NCBI RefSeq assembly: GCF_002571385.2
Contig: NW_019217797.1
Location: 733,766-797,765 of the forward strand
Direction of reading: 5' to 3'
Source: Stylophora pistillata
Taxonomy: Eukaryota
Length of the DNA: 64,000 nucleotides
In this document: positions 61,183 to 64,000 of the stretch, one piece after another
Layout of the letters: each line of letters opens with the position of its first letter
Numbering within the stretch: position 1 is the first letter of the stretch
Translations under genes and position numbers: made by a program
The notes under the pieces: model-generated
Databases searched by the model: none
Seen by the model: the letters and a program-made list of their open reading frames with translations, nothing else
Told to the model about the DNA's origin: nothing

Positions 61183-62705
61183 TCTCTAGTGCATTCTGGT
61201 TCTCTTCCAGACAGTGGTGGGTGAAAAACCTTTCAATACAATGATTAAACAATGCCGTGATGTCCAATTCAAAGAGCTCCGAGCTACTGTAATTATCACC
61301 TTATCTACACCTCTTGAATTTGTTGCTTTAGGATCAACTTTCACAACGTTAGTTATTTTGCCAGATTTTTTTAATCAAGGATAAACGTAAGTTTTTCTGT
61401 GGTGTATTCCGGCAAAGCAAAGTAAGACCCAAAATAGACTGACCCGTGAGAAAATTAAACGGTAGTCTTTCCAGCCATCATAGAACGATATTTTGAAAAT
61501 TAAAATAAATCTATGGAGTGTGTTTTTCCGCAAATTTGTCCAAATACATTAGTTCTATGTCTAAGCTTAAAGTTTCATTTTCTTTGCAGAATGAGCCACC
61601 TTTCCCCTGTCTCCCCCCACCCTCCCCTCCGTCGATACAATTGCTTTAATTCAACAACAACAACTTTATCAGGTACTTCCATAAGTAGTACATGGCATTA
61701 CCTAAGTAAGAATAAGTAACAATAACTATTTAACATCATTTCGTCTTTAACAGAACCTCTTGTCTGATATTCATTATTTGGAATATAAAAGCAGAAATGA
61801 GTCTACGTATAGACCGATCAGCGTTTATAACAAAGTTTTCAAAGCAAGGATACTTTCTTGCGATTTTGTTGTTAAGTTCTAATCGAAAACTATCATACAA
61901 AGGACAACAAAAAAGCACATGTTTTTCATCTTCAATTTCATTTGAATGGCAGAAAGAACAGATTCAATCCGAATGTTCAATCCGAATGTTCCAGAAGAGT
62001 TTCATAACCTTGATCGTATCACACTACCACCTCAACCACTGCATTCCAAACTTACCGTACGTGCATGCACTTCCACGAACTACGACTAAAAGTTCGCTAA
62101 CGTGGATCTGTTTGAAAACCGAGCGAGTTTATCTTTAATCCTAGGTTTCGACGGGATGAGTCTTCCGCATGAAGAAAACTCATACTTTGTTGTGCTTTAA
62201 AGCCCACACCTTGATCTCTAAATAATGCGGTCTCCACTTTTTCCTGTAGAATGCCGCGTGTTAATTCAGATAAGAGTCGATTAAAAGTAAGGAGATCGAG
62301 TTAGCAAATTAATAGAACCCACAAAATTCTCTTTTCAAGGTTCGAGGAAAATTGATGTGAATAGCAAGAGAAAATTTGAACGAGTATCTCAACCAAGAAG
62401 GTTGAACGATTCTAACCTTGCTTTTTTAACTTTCTTGACCGAAAGCCCAATCCAAAAGCTCACTTTATTTCCTTTGGAAATCAATCCTTGCAAATTAATG
62501 CGTAGTTTTGTTCGTTTGTTTTGTTTTGTTTTTTTGTTGCTCTTTTTTTGCATAGTAATCTAATGAGATCATGGCAATGATTCATTGAATTCCCTTTGCC
62601 CGAGGTCAGTCTGCGAAGATTTTCAGTTTCGCAATGTTAATTTCGCGGCTTGATGAAAGGAATTTATTTCAAAATATCCAGTTGTGCTGATTGTTCAGGT
62701 CTAAC

Positions 62706-63195
62706 CACAGGCAGCCCAAGCTCACTCCTAGAAGTGCGGACGTGACTCTTACCGTGTTGCGCAACGTTGTATATTTATAAAGGTTTGTATGGGATGTTAT
62801 CGGTTCGCCTTAAAAGAGAGGAAAAACTGTCTTGTTTTGAAATAAAATGGACTTAACTTATTGCCTTGTTGTTTTCTTTGTTGATTCCTAGCGTCTCAGG
62901 CCATTTTGAAGCGTTTTCGGCGAGTTAGCGCTATCATGTTGGTGCTTTTAGCAGTTGAACACCAAGATAGCGCTAACTCGCTGAAAACGCTTCAAAATGG
63001 CCTGAGACGCTAGGAATCAACAAAGAAAACAACAAGGCAATAAGGTAAGTCTATTTTATTTCAAAACAAGACATTTTTTCCTCTCTTTTAAGGCAAACCG
63101 ATAACATCCCGTACAAACCTTTATAAATATACAACTTTGCGCAACACGTTAAGAGTCACGTCCGCTTTTCTAGTAGTGAGCTTGGGCTGCCTGTG
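62706..63195. mobile_element. 490-bp foldback MITE, CACAGG...CCTGTG termini, 7-bp TSD GTCTAAC (P-element-like)
   Basis: 230-bp inverted arms (62706-62935 and 62966-63195) with a 30-bp spacer. Direct repeats at 62699-62705 and 63196-63202. Confidence 0.88.
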
Positions 63196-64000
63196 GTCTA
63201 ACTGAGAGAATTTGCGGTTTCAACCACAAGAAACAAAACATTAAAAATCGACTGACAAAATTAGCTACTGCGGTTGGTGAGCTAATCGGCTGCCTAACAT
63301 TTTTGAAGTCGTTGACCCATTAGCAAGACATTCTTCTAAGTGTACATCGCACAAAGTCACAACAACCTGAATGTGTTGGATAAACTTTGTTTCTAAATTC
63401 CAACTTTCAAATCAGTCCTTTTCTATGTGATATTCAAACAGTAGACAGAAGTGTGACAATGATATTGAGTTCCATTAAAAACTACTTGAACTTTTTACTC
63501 ACTGTACTAACTGATAAGTAAACAATACTTATGAGTTCAAAAGCTTTATTACCAACTATGTATAACACAAAGGCACGCTTGAAATCGTAAATATTTATAT
63601 GTACCATTGTAACCTTGATTAAAAGATTATCTGCAGGGGGACTTCATTCGAAACATTCAGCTGAGAAATCCGGCATTTAAACTCTCTGAGGGAGGTGATA
63701 TAACAAAAAATGACCGGCATAGTTAAGAAATATTTTCTGAAGACAGGTCAAGTGTAATAGGACTTTAACCGACGTATGTAGTTTTTTCATTCTTGTGGAA
63801 TGTAACATCCTTTTCTCGATAAATTTGTTCACTTCCTTTTATCCATCTCACTTTTTTTCATAGGTGTAACATCGCTTCTGTACTTCTGTTCAACAAATTC
63901 CCTTTAGTAAATAGTAGAAAAAATATTTGGCATCCCATAGTGACTTGCTGACTATGATCAAACGGAACCTTTATTAGCCAATCTCTTATATCTTCCATAA

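Overview
Eukaryotic, AT-rich, intron-containing DNA. The repeat families and gene content suggest a stony coral (Scleractinia, possibly Pocilloporidae; this is inference). From left to right the window holds: (1) the 3' 12 exons of a lipoxygenase; (2) an intronless Twist gene; (3) a tRNA-Cys(GCA) gene followed by a truncated CR1/L2-type LINE; (4) a decayed HEPN-STAND NTPase (NLR-like) pseudogene; (5) a head-to-head pair of DOMON-domain genes, one predicted to be a GPI-anchored heme protein; (6) a ~29-kb cluster of six diverged group-A bHLH genes, oriented -,-,+,-,-,+. The six bHLH proteins share an invariant RLTG[VLI]S[KR]QR arm before the basic region. Four of them appear to splice through a phase-1 intron onto short acidic/aromatic tails that the ORF track misses. 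Intergenic DNA carries several foldback MITEs, a palindromic tRNA-derived retroposon, and Penelope-like remnants with hammerhead-ribozyme cores and clear target-site duplications. There are two assembly gaps (23363-23377 and 41242-41985). All calls were made by eye, without database searches.
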